A stretch of 64,000 nt of DNA from Takakia lepidozioides. Taxonomy: Eukaryota; Plantae; Bryophyta. The DNA is taken from positions 124,001 to 188,000 of the forward strand of contig CM060734.1 of assembly GCA_030704615.1 (NCBI GenBank), in the 5' to 3' direction. The first letter of the stretch is position 1, and each line of letters opens with the position of its first letter. The notes below the pieces were generated by a model, which worked only from the letters and a program-made list of their open reading frames with translations, did no database searches and had not been told where the DNA came from. Positions 37,923-50,878 of this stretch are shown in pieces. Made by a program: the position numbers and the translations under genes.

Positions 37923-39910
37923 TCACACATCCAAAAAGTGGTTCAATCTTATAAGCGCAAAGCGCTGGGTCTCAGTAAAATTTTCCATGATGTGGGCAAC
38001 CCGAAGACAGAACGTGAGAAATGATTTATTGTCTTGGGTTCTCTCACCAGAGGGATGCTCTGCATTTGTGGCTTTCCCCTTCTGCTCCGCCAGAGACTTG
38101 CTGTGTGCCACCTTCTTCGCCCTAGCAGCGAGAGCGTCAAGGAAGCTCTCATTGACGCATTGGATGATGGTTGGAGGTTCTAGCTTTGGCCTGTGCGTAA
38201 ACGTCACCGCCGAATACCGCCGTGTAGGCTCGCCCTCAAATGCCAACTTCTTGGCAGAGCCAGTCCCACTTCGAACTGACTTGGGAACCCGGACGACCGG
38301 TGACTGGGTAGGAGCAACAGCAGTCGCAGGACCTTGAACAAAGTCGTCGTCCGAGTCACTCTCTTGGGTCCCCTCCTGCACCTCCTTCGATGCCCCGATG
38401 GTTTTCTTCTTTTTGGGTGTTACTGCACTCACCTGTTTCCTTGTCCTTTTCCTTTGGCCTTTACTCTTCTCATGCAATTTCTCCTGAATTCCTGCCTGAG
38501 CAAGCTCTGCCGCTTTCCTGGAGTTTGTAAGCGCTTTTGCCTCTTTTGCACCCAACGGAGGCAGCGGAGCCCGGTTTCGTCGGAATTCAGCATCCAGCTT
38601 CAATTGAAACTCGGATAGGTCGAGCGAGCCGGGCGGAAGGTCCACATACCAAGGGCAATCACGCAAATGTTCCAGATGCCACTCCTTCACAATATCGTCA
38701 GTGTACATGGAGTCAGCCCCAGGGTTCCTCCATGCCAGGAAGAATGGTGGCTTGAAAGACAGATGACCTTTCTCCAAAAGGGAGAACTTGCAGTACCTGC
38801 ATTCATGAAAAACACAATGACGTCCCTGAAATGCATATTCGGCACCATTTTTCCCAGGTTGGGGCGGATGTGAGTGGGCCTAGAAATGGAAAAATGGCGC
38901 CGAATTTCGGTTTTCGGTGACTGCCACCCTAGGGACTTAGCCATCTTGGGAGCCCTGAACTGGAAATTCGGCGCCATTTTTCCCGGTTTGGCCCGAAGAT
39001 GGCTAAGTCCCTGAACGGCAATAGGGTCTAGAACTGGAAAATGGCGCCGAATTTCCAGTTCAGGGCCAGCCACCCTAGGGACTTAGCCCGAAAATGGCTA
39101 AGTCCCTGAACGGCAATAGGGCCTAGAACTGGAAAATGGCGCCGAATTTCCAGTTCGGGGCCAGCCACCCTAGGGACTTAGCCCGAAAATGGCCAAGTCC
39201 CTGAACGGCAATAGGGCCTAGAACTGGAAAATGGCGCCGAATTTCCAGTTCGGGGCCAGCCACCCTAGGGACTTAGCCCGAAAATGGCCAAGTCCCTGAA
39301 CGGCAATAGGGCCTAGAACTGGAAAATGGCGCCGAATTTCCAGTTCGGGGCCAGCCACCCTAGGGACTTAGCCCGAAAATGGCTAAGTCCCTGAACCGCA
39401 ATAGGGCCTGGAACTGGAAAATGGCGCCGAATTTCCAGTTCGGGGCCAGCCAGTCTAGGGACTTAGCCCGAAAATGGCCAAGTCCTGAACGGCAATAGGG
39501 CCTAGAACTGGAAAATGGCGCCGAATTTCCAGTTCGGGGCCAGCCAGTCTAGGGACTTAGCCATTTTCGGAGCCCTGACTGGAAATTCGGCGCCATTTTC
39601 CCTAACACCACATGAGGCTTCTAACATCCTGAAATGCAAGGACTTGAAAGAAAGGCAGCGCATATGTACCTGTACAGAAGGCGCATTGCTGCTTTGTCCG
39701 CGTTTGGCTGGTCGGTGAACTCGTGGCTCCGGTGAGCATCTGCTATCTCCCGAAAGAATAGGTTGGTTTTGTAGAGCAGAAAGTGGCGGTACAGAGCCTA
39801 AAGACACCCCTGGTTTTGAAGCCATGATGGAATTCTTCACGGCTGTGAGCACGAATTGCAAGAGCACTCGGGGGGGGGGGGGGGGGGGGTTTGAGGTGGA
39901 GAGAGCTTGC
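37923..39910 (-). pseudogene. 3' exons of an uncharacterised accessory gene of the Mutator-like element (intron ~38797-39669)
   Basis: Donor ag|GTACAT at 39669 and acceptor tgcAG| at 38797 join ...KAAMRLLYR to YCKFSLLEKGHLSFKPPFF in the frame of the 284-aa ORF. Confidence 0.55.
38840..39600. repeat. 95-bp tandem array (~6 copies) containing aaaatggcgccgaatttcc, located in the predicted intron
   Basis: gcccgaaaatgg at 39086, 39181, 39276, 39371 and 39466. Confidence 0.95.
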
Positions 39911-40186
39911 GACATGAGTCGGACTCGGGAGCTCAGCCACTGATGCTGGGCAGAGCTGCTATTGCAGGCTTGGGCCTCACGGAGGCGGATATGGAGCCTT
40001 GTCCTTTCCAGATACAGACGTCTCTGGGAGGATCGGAGCAGGCTCGGGGCATGACACGGCATGAGTTGGCTATCAGACTACGGCCGGATCACCCTACAGA
40101 TGGCTCAGTGATGCGAGCCAAGGCCATTGTGACAGACGCAGTCTCATACGATGTCCTGGTTGGTGGGGCAGTGTTGTACCCCATGG

Positions 40187-40860
40187 GCAGCCGGGCATGG
40201 CAATGGATTGCGAGACTCGAGGTCGGGTCTGTTTTGGGAGATGGTGCGGGTTTTGCGCCACTTGCAGCTTCATCAAGCTGTATCTCCAGCATACATCTTG
40301 GAGAATGTGCCACTGATGGGCGATTCTCGGGCCAGGGTGATGGCCAGTGTGCATCAAGTCCGGTCGTGGCTTGGGTCAGCAGTGTTGCTAGATGCAGCTA
40401 CAGTGGGTCACGGGCTCATCGTCCACGGCTATGGTGGACTAACATGATGCCACCCGCACTGCTCAAGCGTGCATTTGATGGGGTGCAAAGGCCAGCACAT
40501 CTCACAGTGGATAACATTCTGGACACAGGGAGGCAGTCTCAACGTGTGAGACACGATGACCGTTCGCCTTTGGCAGTGGTCAACAAGGTGGGTCAACCAC
40601 GAGCAGCATTACCTACACTGCTCAGCTTCCCAGGATCGCATGCTTTCCGGGATAGTGGACCTGGCCTCCTGTGGGATGCTCAGTTGCAGCAGTTAGTGGA
40701 GCCTAATGCTGACGAGCGTGAGAGCGGCAATGGGTTTTACCACTGGTACCACGGCGGTGTCGTCTCTTTCTGAGGCATCACGTCGTCAAGTGTTGGGGCA
40801 AGCAATGGATCTCAATTGCTTGACCTGGATTATCAGCTTGGCTCTAGCTGAGCAACGCAG
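40187..40860 (+). pseudogene. DNMT3-like C5-cytosine methyltransferase domain within pol (motifs V/VI-X; motifs I-IV missing)
   Basis: AGHGNGLRDSRSGLFWEM; PAYILENV (40301-40309); LDAA.VGSRAHRPRLWWTN; ERE(R)AMGFTTGTT; SRRQVLGQAMDL. The motifs are spread over frameshifts. Confidence 0.88.
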
Positions 40861-43800
40861 AGTGCGGAATACACTTCCCTCATGGTCTCTCTGCCTACCG
40901 AGACGGTACAGGCAGTGAGTGGGGGCGAGCATATGAGGACCACGGGGTGATGCATCCATGGCACACGTGGGAGGTGCTCGAGGTTCAGAGGGAGTTGGCA
41001 GCCAAGGCGGCTGTGATGGATGAGGTTGGGGATTCTTCTCGAGTTGAGGAGGTCCTCAAGGATGAGATGATGGGGCAGGATGATGCCTTGTCATTGACTG
41101 AGCAGGTAGGGAGTACTGCTCAAGAGGTTGCAGCATAGCAACCACGGGACGCGTCCTCTACCTCTAAGCCCACTGGACTTAAGGTTGTAGTTACGGAGGA
41201 CAATGGGAGCCTGACATTGGACCCATTGTCACCGGAGGAGAGAGACGACGTATACGGCGGTTCCTGAGGGCTTACAGGAATTGCTTTGCCTTCAGTTTGA
41301 AGGACTTGGGCAACTGAAGGGTCAAGAGATCCGTATTGAGTTGGCCACTGACACGCCAATCTTTCGGAGACCCTATAGATACAGTGACATGGAGAGGTCT
41401 TTGATTCAGATGAGGACTCAAGATCTCTGGGAGGCAGGTTTGGTGGAGCTCTCTGGTGGAGAGTATGCTTCAGCCACAGTGATGCCAGCCAAGAAGGATG
41501 TCTATGGCAATTGGACGGAGAGACGTATGTGCGGTGATTACCGGCCTGTAAATCGTCAGACCAAGTCCGATAAGTATGCCATGCCAACACCAAGAGGAGA
41601 TCTTTGATGCCATCGGGCATGCTAAGGCCTTTAGCACTTTGGATTTACGATCCGGATATCATCAGTTGCCATCAAGGAGGCGGACAAGCAGAAGACGGCA
41701 TTCTGGGGGATCAATGAGCACGGCAAGGATTGCCTTATATCAGTGGCGGTTCTTACCATTTGGGCTTAAGAATGCTCCTGCAGAGTTTCAGAGAGTCATG
41801 GATAGGATTCTAGCAGGGGTGGACTTTGCTCGGTGCTACATAGATGACATCATCATCTTTAGTGTTACGATGGAGGAGCATGAGAGACACCTTCAGGTGG
41901 TATTGGAGCGCTTGAGAGCGCACGGATTGAAGTTGCATCCGGGGAAGTGCAAGTTTTTCCACAACCAGATTGAGTATCTGGGTCACATGATATATCCTGG
42001 AGGATTGGGGTACAGCAGACTAAGGTAGAGGCCATTGCACAAATTCCACGCCCCACGGATGTGAGCCGAGTTCGAGCTTTCATGGGTTGGCAAACTATTA
42101 TAGACGGTTTGTCAAGGGATTTAGTACCATTGCAAAGGCTCTAACCAAGCTGACCAAGGTGGACCAGGAGTGGCAGTGGGAAGATGAGCAGGAACGAGCT
42201 TTTCAAGAGCTCAAGACGAGGTTGACCTCGGCGCCTATCTTGAGACGACCTATCAGGGGGCGTCCCTTTCAGCTGCATACGGATTTGAGCATGCTGGGGC
42301 TTGGAGCGGTGCTCACACAGGTGGATGATGAGGGAAGAGAGTTCGTAGTGGCTTACGCTAGCCGCTCGAACAACGCTGCAGAGGCTAAGTACAGCTCATA
42401 TGAGGGAGAGTGCTTAGCTGCAGTGTGGGCCGTGGCACACTTCAGGTGCTATCTATACGGCAATCTTTTCACCCTTGTCACGGATCACCAGCCACTCAAG
42501 TGGTTGATGAGTCAGACAAGCTTACGGGGAAGCTTGCACGGTGGGCACTTATACTCCAGGAGTATGACTTTCAGTTGTGCATCGACCGGTTTTGGTCAAT
42601 CGGGGATGCGGATGGATTGAGTCGCAATCCATGCATGAGCCAGCAGGATGACACTGGAGCTCGGTGCATGGTGAGACGGACGAGGAGATGGTGCCGGGAT
42701 GGCACGCATCTGCATTTTTGTGTATCTTGGCATCGGGAGGTCAGATTGGACCTACAACAGGATGACTGTAGACGGAGTGTCTGAGGACCCTGAGGCTAGT
42801 GATGAGCTAGTGGTGCCAGAGATATACATGAGGATTTGGCTGTGTTGGACTACCTCCGCACGGGAGACACGGCAGCCATTGTGACTGCCAGGGAGAGGAT
42901 CGGATCCTGCAACGAGCCAAGAGGTTCAAGTGGGAGGGGATACACCTACTTCGAGTGTGGGAGGATGGTCGGGTGAGGATTGTGCCTCACCCCACACAGC
43001 GTGCACGTTTAGTGCGGCATGCCCATGAGGAGTTGGGGCATTTTGAGTGCGACGCACTCACAGTTTACTGCAGGGGCAGTATTGGTGCGTGGTATGCATA
43101 CAGAGGTGCAACAGTTTGTGTGGCTAGGTGCATGGTGTGTGACAGGGTGCGTGCTTCATTCAACGCCCCTACACCACAGTTGCATCCTTTACCAATCATG
43201 GGATGGGCTACAGGTGGAGTCTTGACTTCGCAGGACCGTTGCCACTGACTATGCGCCACCACAGATATGTGTGGTGATGGTGGAGCACTGTTCCATTGCC
43301 TGACAAGGCTAGTGAGGGGCTGCGTATGCATTCTTGGATCGTGTGCTTAGCCGATTTGGTGCTCCAGCTGAGGTACTCACGGACCAAGGGAGAGAGTTCT
43401 TGGGGGAGTTTCAGGCTTTGTGTGATAAAGCCTTGATAGACCACCGCACCACTTCTCGGGATCATCCTGAGGCCGATGGCTTAGCAGAGAGAGTTGTTCA
43501 GACGGTGAAAGGAGGTGTGCGCAAGTATGGCTTGCAAAGGGACACCTAGGAGATTGGGATCTTCAGGTTCCTTGGTTAGCCATGGGCTACAGGTTCAGCA
43601 AACAAGCATCACTTGCCTCCTTCTCACCATATTTCCTTCTCTTTGGCCGAGAGCCGGATTTGCCTGCAGCCATTCGTAGGGACACTGCTCAAGTCCTTAA
43701 CCTTGACGATCCGGACGTGTGGGTACGTGCATGTGATCAGCGTGCAGAGTTGTTCAAGAAAGTCATGCCCATGGCTTTTGAGAACCTTGCCATTGCACAG

Positions 43801-44095
43801 CACCGTGATACGTTGAGGTATGCCACTATACGTGGTGGAGGATATCGTCCTGGGGTTCGGAGGTTTAGCCCTGGTGACTATGTTTATTTGCAGCAGACTG
43901 CTCCTACGACTCTGGATGTTACTGCAGGGCGTGTTATTCTGAGGGTTCGAGAGGTGTTGCCCTCAGGGGTCCTGATCTTAGAGGGTCGGGATGGCATGAC
44001 TTGGAAAGACCATGTGCGTAATTGTGCGCCATGTCACCTTCCAATGTCGATGGCAGAGTTGACCCAAACTTGGCAGTGGTACCTGCAGGTTTGAG

Positions 44096-44230
44096 GTGCA
44101 TGCTCTGTGGGTCTGCCAAAGGGGCAGCCACCATGCTGGTGTTGATCGATGCTCAAGGGGTTGGCATATGGATGCTGACACCACCTCTTGAGAAGGTTCC
44201 TGACGGAGATTGGTTGTGTCCACACTGCTT
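44096..44230 (+). other. PHD finger at the integrase C-terminus (frameshifted)
   Basis: CMLCGSAKGAATML...LTPPLEKVPDGDWLCPHC. Confidence 0.85.
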
Positions 44231-44496
44231 GGGATAGTGGCAGTGGACATGACTGGAGGCAGCTAACAAGACATGGGAGGCCAAGCTCATAGGAGTCAAT
44301 ACATGAGATCCCAAGCTCAAGTTCACAGGTTGCAAGACGGCGACTAACGATGGGGCAACTCTTGCACCCGGCCTCTGATCTATCGAGTTTGAGTGTAGTA
44401 GGGATAGTGGTGGAGGACTTAGTGAGGCTATGGTCACTATCACATCTTGTGGCTACCTGGACTTAGAGGGACCTAAGCACCAGCTAGGGGGGCGAT

Positions 44497-45182
44497 TGTG
44501 TGGACTAGTGACTGCCATAGTGGCAGAGCGTAGTGGCAGCTAGTGACTGACTAGTTGTAGCCTAGTGTTGGACTAGTGGCTGGACAGTTGGTAGTAGCTA
44601 GTGTGTGGTGTGCACATGTGTTGTGTGGTTTTGGACAGCGATGTAGTTGTGTAGCGATATGTATGCGCACGACAGCTGTCAAGTTATTTTACCACTAGTG
44701 TGAAAACTAGCTAGGAAATAGCTAGCTTTTACATATTGACATTTGGGATTGGCCCAAGTGTCAATCCAGGGGTCAAGGCAGATTTAGGCCCTGGAGTGGT
44801 TATCTTCACGGCAAGCGCGGGAGGCTCATCTTTCTCGAGTTGAGCCTCACCGCGCCTAGCTATGGCGCCGTAGTGTGGATTCCCCATGGCGTGGGGTGCA
44901 CTTGGCTTGACTTGTATTTGAGTGATGAGGTTATATATGCTGAGTTTATGCTTCAGCTTTGTGAGCTCGCATGAGCTTGTGCTTGTATTCTTCCTCTTTA
45001 TCATTGTGTGGACTAGTGACTGCCATAGTGGGCAGCATAGTGGCAGCCTAGTGACTGACTAGTTGTAGCCTAGTGGTTGGACTAGTGGTAGGACTAGTGT
45101 AGACTAGTGTGTGGTGTGCACATGTGTTGTGTGGTTTTGGACAGCGATGTAGTTGTGTAGCGATATGTATGCGCACGACACA
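44497..45182 (+). repeat. LTR sequence whose start is repeated in tandem (44497-45004, then 45005 to the gap)
   Basis: tgtgtggactagtgactgccatagtgg at both 44497 and 45005. Confidence 0.8.
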
Positions 45183-45682
45183 NNNNNNNNNNNNNNNNNN
45201 NNNNNNNNNNNNNNNNNNNNNNNNNNNNNNNNNNNNNNNNNNNNNNNNNNNNNNNNNNNNNNNNNNNNNNNNNNNNNNNNNNNNNNNNNNNNNNNNNNNN
45301 NNNNNNNNNNNNNNNNNNNNNNNNNNNNNNNNNNNNNNNNNNNNNNNNNNNNNNNNNNNNNNNNNNNNNNNNNNNNNNNNNNNNNNNNNNNNNNNNNNNN
45401 NNNNNNNNNNNNNNNNNNNNNNNNNNNNNNNNNNNNNNNNNNNNNNNNNNNNNNNNNNNNNNNNNNNNNNNNNNNNNNNNNNNNNNNNNNNNNNNNNNNN
45501 NNNNNNNNNNNNNNNNNNNNNNNNNNNNNNNNNNNNNNNNNNNNNNNNNNNNNNNNNNNNNNNNNNNNNNNNNNNNNNNNNNNNNNNNNNNNNNNNNNNN
45601 NNNNNNNNNNNNNNNNNNNNNNNNNNNNNNNNNNNNNNNNNNNNNNNNNNNNNNNNNNNNNNNNNNNNNNNNNNNNNNNNNN
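45183..45682. other. Assembly gap (500 N)
   Basis: Run of n characters. Confidence 1.
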
Positions 45683-48600
45683 GTGCTCATGCGTCAGAAG
45701 CTCCGCGTCCCCTCTTCTTCCAAAGTGCTCTCCAGATTTACTCGTAAACTTTGGGGTCGCGGTCCGATACAATTCCTTCGGGACTCCATGATGCTTTAAG
45801 AATACCGTGGGCGAAGTAAAGTCGCCCTGTCTCCTGCGCAGTTGCCGTCTCCTTGTGGGGATGAAATGGGCCATTTTACTGAACCTATCTACCACCACCA
45901 TGATTGCATCGAATCCTTTTGACAGCGGCATAGCAGTCATGAAATCCATCGAGACGCTTTCCAAGTCCCCTCTGGAATCGGCAAGGGTTGTAACGCCCCG
46001 CGTGCTTTTTATACTCGCTCCGGTTTTGTTGGCATGTGGTGCATGTCTTTACATACTCTCTCCTCTGCCTCCTCCCCTCAGTTTGGGCCAGAAATACTCT
46101 TTCTTCAAGAGTGCCGCAGTGCGCTTGGCTCACCGTGGCCCGCAAGCGGGCTATCATGGCATTCTCTCAGAGACTATCCTGATCCCTCCCTTTGGCACAT
46201 AGAGACGTTTTTGCTTATACCGGAGCAGTCCGTTTTGCAAGTGGAACTGCGATTTAACCCCATTCTCAAGTTCTGCATCACGCACTTTGCCAGCTCATCC
46301 TTCCGGCAAGCCTTCCGGATCTTCCTTTGGAGCGCCGTCTCGCCCTTGTACACCAACAAGAGCTGCTGCTTTCTACTTAAAGCATCGGCCACCACATTGT
46401 CCCGTCCCGGTTTGTACTGGATATCCACGTCGAACACTGCCAAAGTATCTTGCCACCTAAGTTGTTTTGGGGACAACTTGGGCTGCGTGGCAAAATACTT
46501 CAACCGTGACATTGTCCGTGAACACCTTCACTGGGTTGGAACCAACATAGTGGCGCCAGAGTTCAAGGCAATGTTACCACCGCCTTTCATCTCTTTTCGT
46601 GCGTCGGCCACCGTCGCTCCACTTCATTCAGTTTCTTACTTTCGTAAGCACTGGACGTCCATCTTGCATAGTACACACCCCCAATTGCGAATCCGATGCA
46701 TCTGTATGAATCTCAAACGGACGATCGAACTCCGGGATTTTTAAGACTGGAGCTTCCGTCATCCGCTGCTTCAATTCAGCAAAAGGCTTGGCACAAAATG
46801 TGTTCCATACCCAGACTTTTGGATTTACACAGAAGGTCCGACAGCGGCCCCCCCGCGATCTTGGCGAAATTTCTCACATACTTCCGGTAATAGGAGGCGA
46901 GTCCTAGGAAGGATCGCACTCCCGGGACCGAAGTCGGAGGCTCCCAGTCCAAGATCGCCCTCACCTTTCTGTCATCCATTTTGATCCCATCCTGTGTAAT
47001 CACGTGCCCCAAGAACTCCACTTTTGTGACCCCGAATTCGCACTTTGAAGCTTTGGCATACAGCTTCCCTTCTCGCAATTTTTGGAACACCCTTTTGAGT
47101 TGCTCCAGGTGCTCCTCCTTTTTGTTTCGAGTACACCAAGATGTCGTCGATGTACACGATCACAAAGTCATCCAACCACTCCTGGAAAAGGCTGTTCATC
47201 AGCGTGCTAAATGTCGCTGGTGCATTGGTGAGCCCAAAAGGCATCACCAAGAACTCATATGAACCATACCTTGTCCTGCACGCGGTCTTCTCCTCATCTC
47301 CTTCCGCCACCCGAATTTGGTGATAGCCGGAGCGCAAGTCGATCCGGCTGAAATACTTCGCTCCTGCCAACCGATCGAAGAGGTCGTCGATCCTTGGCAA
47401 AGGGTACCGGTTTTTGATAGTCACCTTATTCAGAGCCCTGTAATCGACACACATCACATCCGCAGCGTCCCATCCTTCTTGTCTGCAAATAGCACCGGGG
47501 CTCCGTAAGGTGACTTACTCGGCCGGATGTACCCCTTTGACATTAGATCTTTGAGCTGAGTCTTCAGCTCGACCAACTCTTTGTGGCTCAACCGGTAGGG
47601 CGCCTTGGCAGGCGGTTCCGATCCCGGTATCACCTCAATTTTGTGGTCAACTCCTCTTCGCGGTGGCAAGCCGCTTGGTAAATCCTCCGGCATCACATCC
47701 TGGTATTTCTCCAAAATCCCCTTGATCCAATCTGGGCTCGGCTCCCTCCCCATCGCCTTCTCCTTTCACTTCTCTAATGTAAAGCAAAAACTGGGACTCG
47801 TGTGTCTCCTCCACGGCCCACTCCTTTGCTGATAGAAGGTTTATTCGCCCTCCCACGGATTTGGGCGTTTCCGACACTCGTAAAACCTCGCCACCATTCC
47901 CACATGGCAGCGTGACTACTCTCTTGCGCGGCCATCTATGACCGCTCCGGATTTGCTCAAAAAGGTCATTCCCAAAATGAGATCCACTCCATCGATCTCG
48001 CAGATAGTGAAGTTCTCACGTCCCTCCCAACTCCCCAGTTGAAGAGGAACATCAAACGCCAACCTTGTCGCCAACTGAGGTTCTCCTTTGGCAGAGCGCA
48101 CCTCAATAGAGGCCCCCACGTCACTTGTCGGGAGTCCCAACTTTCGCGCCGCCGCCGGCGTCATGAAGGAGTGCGACGCTCCTGTGTCCACCAACAACGA
48201 CACATTAGTTCCGGATATTATCCCATCCACGAACAATAACTGACTCCCTTTTCGTAAGGCGCCAGTTTCCTGATACAACTCACAAGAAAATTTGCCTACC
48301 TTGCAAGTCCTGGCGACCACCGTTTCCACCAAGCGACTGATGGTATCTTCCGACAGCTCCGTGGTCGCCCGAGTCATGTTCAATTGCCGGGGCTTCGTGC
48401 ACTTCTTGGCCATGTGCCCGGGCTCCCCGCAATTGAAACACACTCCATCAAAGGTCGCCTTCTGTCCGCCATAAGTCGCTCCACCCGCTTTTCCTTTCGA
48501 AGCACCGGGTGCCGCCTTGACGTGTGAAGGACCTCCCTTCGATTTCCACGTGCCATTTTCGCCGCGTGGCCTATCCCACTTCTTTTCCGGTCGGGAGGAG

Positions 48601-49494
48601 TCACCTTCCCGCCGGGTCTTCTTGTGGTCAGCTCCGTACGGCCTTGTCTCTCACCCCTAGGGACATCCGAGAAACATTCAGCTCTCTCAATTGCCTCGTT
48701 CAAAGTCTTGGGTGGCTTCTCCTCCAACTTCCGCCTAGCCCATGGGGCCAGTCCCGCCACAAAGTTGAAGACCATTTCTGGTTCTGCCATGTCCGCGATC
48801 GAGCAACAGCACATTGAAAGCCTGGACATACCCCCGAATGTCATCTGTTTGCTTCAAATTCCTCATCTTGTCCCGGGCAAGCCAGGACGCGTTGAGGGGC
48901 ACAAACTGTCTCTTCATCAATTCCTTGAACTCACTCCAGTTCAAGGTTTCCGGCTTGGGCCTCGGTCGTGAAGGCGTTTCTGCCACCATTGTTGAGTATA
49001 GCCTCTCAAATAGGTGGAGCCACTTCCACCCGATCTTCGTCACTCAACTTGGCCGCCCGGAAGTACTGCTATAGCTCCAGGAGCCAGGTGTTGAGTGCCT
49101 TCCGGTTTCGAACGCCCTCGAAGGTGCCGGGTTCCTTAGGCTTCACCTTAAACTTTGCCTTGGTGGAAGTGGCATTAGCGCCTTCAACACGTCTTTCAAC
49201 GTCCCGCCAAACTGCGCCAACAACCCTTCCCAAAAGGCTGCCGGCATGGGAGGCATCTCTTGGTTTGTCGGAGCTCTCAAAGATTCCTCGGGCTCCGACT
49301 CCTCGGATTCCTCCCGCTCCTGAGCGGCCTCGTTTTCGGAAACATTAATCGCTTCCCTCAAACGGCCGCCTCGGTGACACGTCGCCCCATCGGGCTCACC
49401 GGGATCATCATCTTTTGGGCCGTTCCGCTTTCGTTTCGGCTTGCCCGACCCCATGATGAGGCCAATCCAAGGACGATTGCGTACTGAACTCTAG

Positions 49495-49506
49495 GCTCTG
49501 ATACCA
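49495..49506 (-). promoter_or_regulatory. Primer-binding site for initiator tRNA-Met
   Basis: Minus strand TGGTATCAGAGC, 2 nt inside the LTR end. Confidence 0.92.
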
Positions 49507-49508
49507 AG

Positions 49509-50230
49509 TGTCGCACACCTCAGTTCGGTAAACTCCCCTTCAAGTCATAGTTACTCGCTTTGATGCGCGCGCCTGACTCCCAACCTGGCCGCCGGCCAAC
49601 TTGGAGTTTCGGCTGCTCACCGGGACATAACGGTCCCCTTCCGCTTCCCTCTAAACCCTCCACCTATTTGGGACTAGGAGAATTCCCTTTGGTAGATGGC
49701 AGTCCGGAACAGCTCCCCACTCTTTGGTCGCTTTCCGGCTCGCTCGCTTACTCACTAGTTTTTGGTCACCAACGGGCTTGCACCGTTCTCGGGGTTACTA
49801 CTCCCTATATATACTTCTGTAGCTGTCCGCGGGGTTTCATAACCAGCCATGCCATTTTATGGCGAACCACCACGAAAACCCTCGACTCCCGGTGGTGAGT
49901 CGCGGTGAGTCTTGGCCCACTCACCGCGGCCCCAATGGACCGTGATGAGTCCCAAGACTCCCCACGACTCCCACCTCGAGGTCTCCACCCCATGGTGAGT
50001 CCTATGCCACCCCCACTAAGTCCCACTAAGCTACCAACCACCCCTTGTGGAGCACCTCCACCGCAACCCGGTGTGCGGGGCTCCACCTAGTGAGCGCCTC
50101 CGCCTCCTTGAGTGCCTTGGGCACTCAAGGGTGCTTCAGCCCCCCATACCTATCGCTGCCGCTGCCCCCACCACAGGGGCAACCCCTCATGTGTCCCGAC
50201 CCCCTGCCCTCAAGGCAAAGGGCCGCGACA
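49509..50230 (-). repeat. 5' LTR (722 bp)
   Basis: TGTCGC...GCGACA termini, adjacent to the PBS. Confidence 0.85.
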
Positions 50231-50878
50231 CCTCCCGTCCACCACCAAAAGGTTGAAGTTTGCCCTCTCGCCCCAAGTTGGGCGATTCAAACATGCGATG
50301 AGTTGGAGTTGTCGATGATACCACCAGCGTGCCGGGTTCGTCGTCACTCTGTCATTCCAAAAATCGTGAAAACAACATCGGTGCAAAAACCAGCATCGCA
50401 ACGAGCAGCGCAACCACCATAGCAACAATCGTGTAACAAAAATGAAAACATAACAAGTTTAGGAAATATGGAGAGCCATGCAACAACAATGAAAACAATG
50501 CAACCATTGCCTGAGAATGACATGCACAAGCAGCCTTCTCCACAGCTGCCGGATTTGCACACGCATTGCAATCAATGTAACCAGCGAAGCCAGGATGAAG
50601 ATGCAAAAACAAAGCGAGGCAACAAAGCGAAAGCAAAAAAGAAATCGAACAAAGCGAAAGCAGAAGTGGCTTGCCTGAGAGTACTCGGCTTCAGTTGGCG
50701 CGGGTTGTGAGCAAGACACTGGAATCTCCTGCTGGAGCTTCAGTTTGGCCATGCGAGAGATTGGCCGTCGTCCGTAGTACAGAGCTTTCAACTTCCGCCG
50801 CGGTCTGGATGTGAGGTCTCTCTCAGGCGGCATAAGTCCAGCCAAAATGGAAAAAGATCTCCGTTTTTTGGGGTACAT
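50231..50878 (-). pseudogene. Probable 5' exons of the accessory gene, cut by the Gypsy insertion
   Basis: MYPKKRRSFSILAGLMPPERDL...AEYSQ followed by a GC/GT-type donor region and T-rich intron-like sequence. A second segment, ...WWYHRQLQLIACLNRPTWGERANFNLLVVDGR, abuts the LTR. Confidence 0.4.

Larger units (their letters stand above)
39920..45182 (+). mobile_element. 5'-truncated Ty3/Gypsy element: protease - DNA methyltransferase - RT - RNase H - integrase - PHD, then PPT and LTR
   Basis: DSGAQPLMLG...YDVLVG (protease); [31 protein letters not shown] (RT); YSSYEGECLA..TDHQPL (RNase H); LTDQGREF..HPEADGLAER (integrase). PPT agctaggggggcg at ~44482. Confidence 0.93.
45683..50230 (-). mobile_element. 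Ty3/Gypsy element, chromovirus-like: 5' LTR, PBS, gag, protease, RT, RNase H, integrase; 3' end lies in the gap
   Basis: CFNCGEPGHMAKKC knuckle; VDTGASHSF; [23 protein letters not shown]; YIDDILVYS; SMDF...IMVVVDRFSKMAHFIP. Several frameshifts. Confidence 0.95.

Noticed and set aside
45094-45791. Long poly-X ORFs
   Set aside because: Artefacts of the N gap.
50231-50270. VVDGR as a ParB-like motif in the accessory gene
   Set aside because: The motif is cut by the LTR and is too short to support the call.
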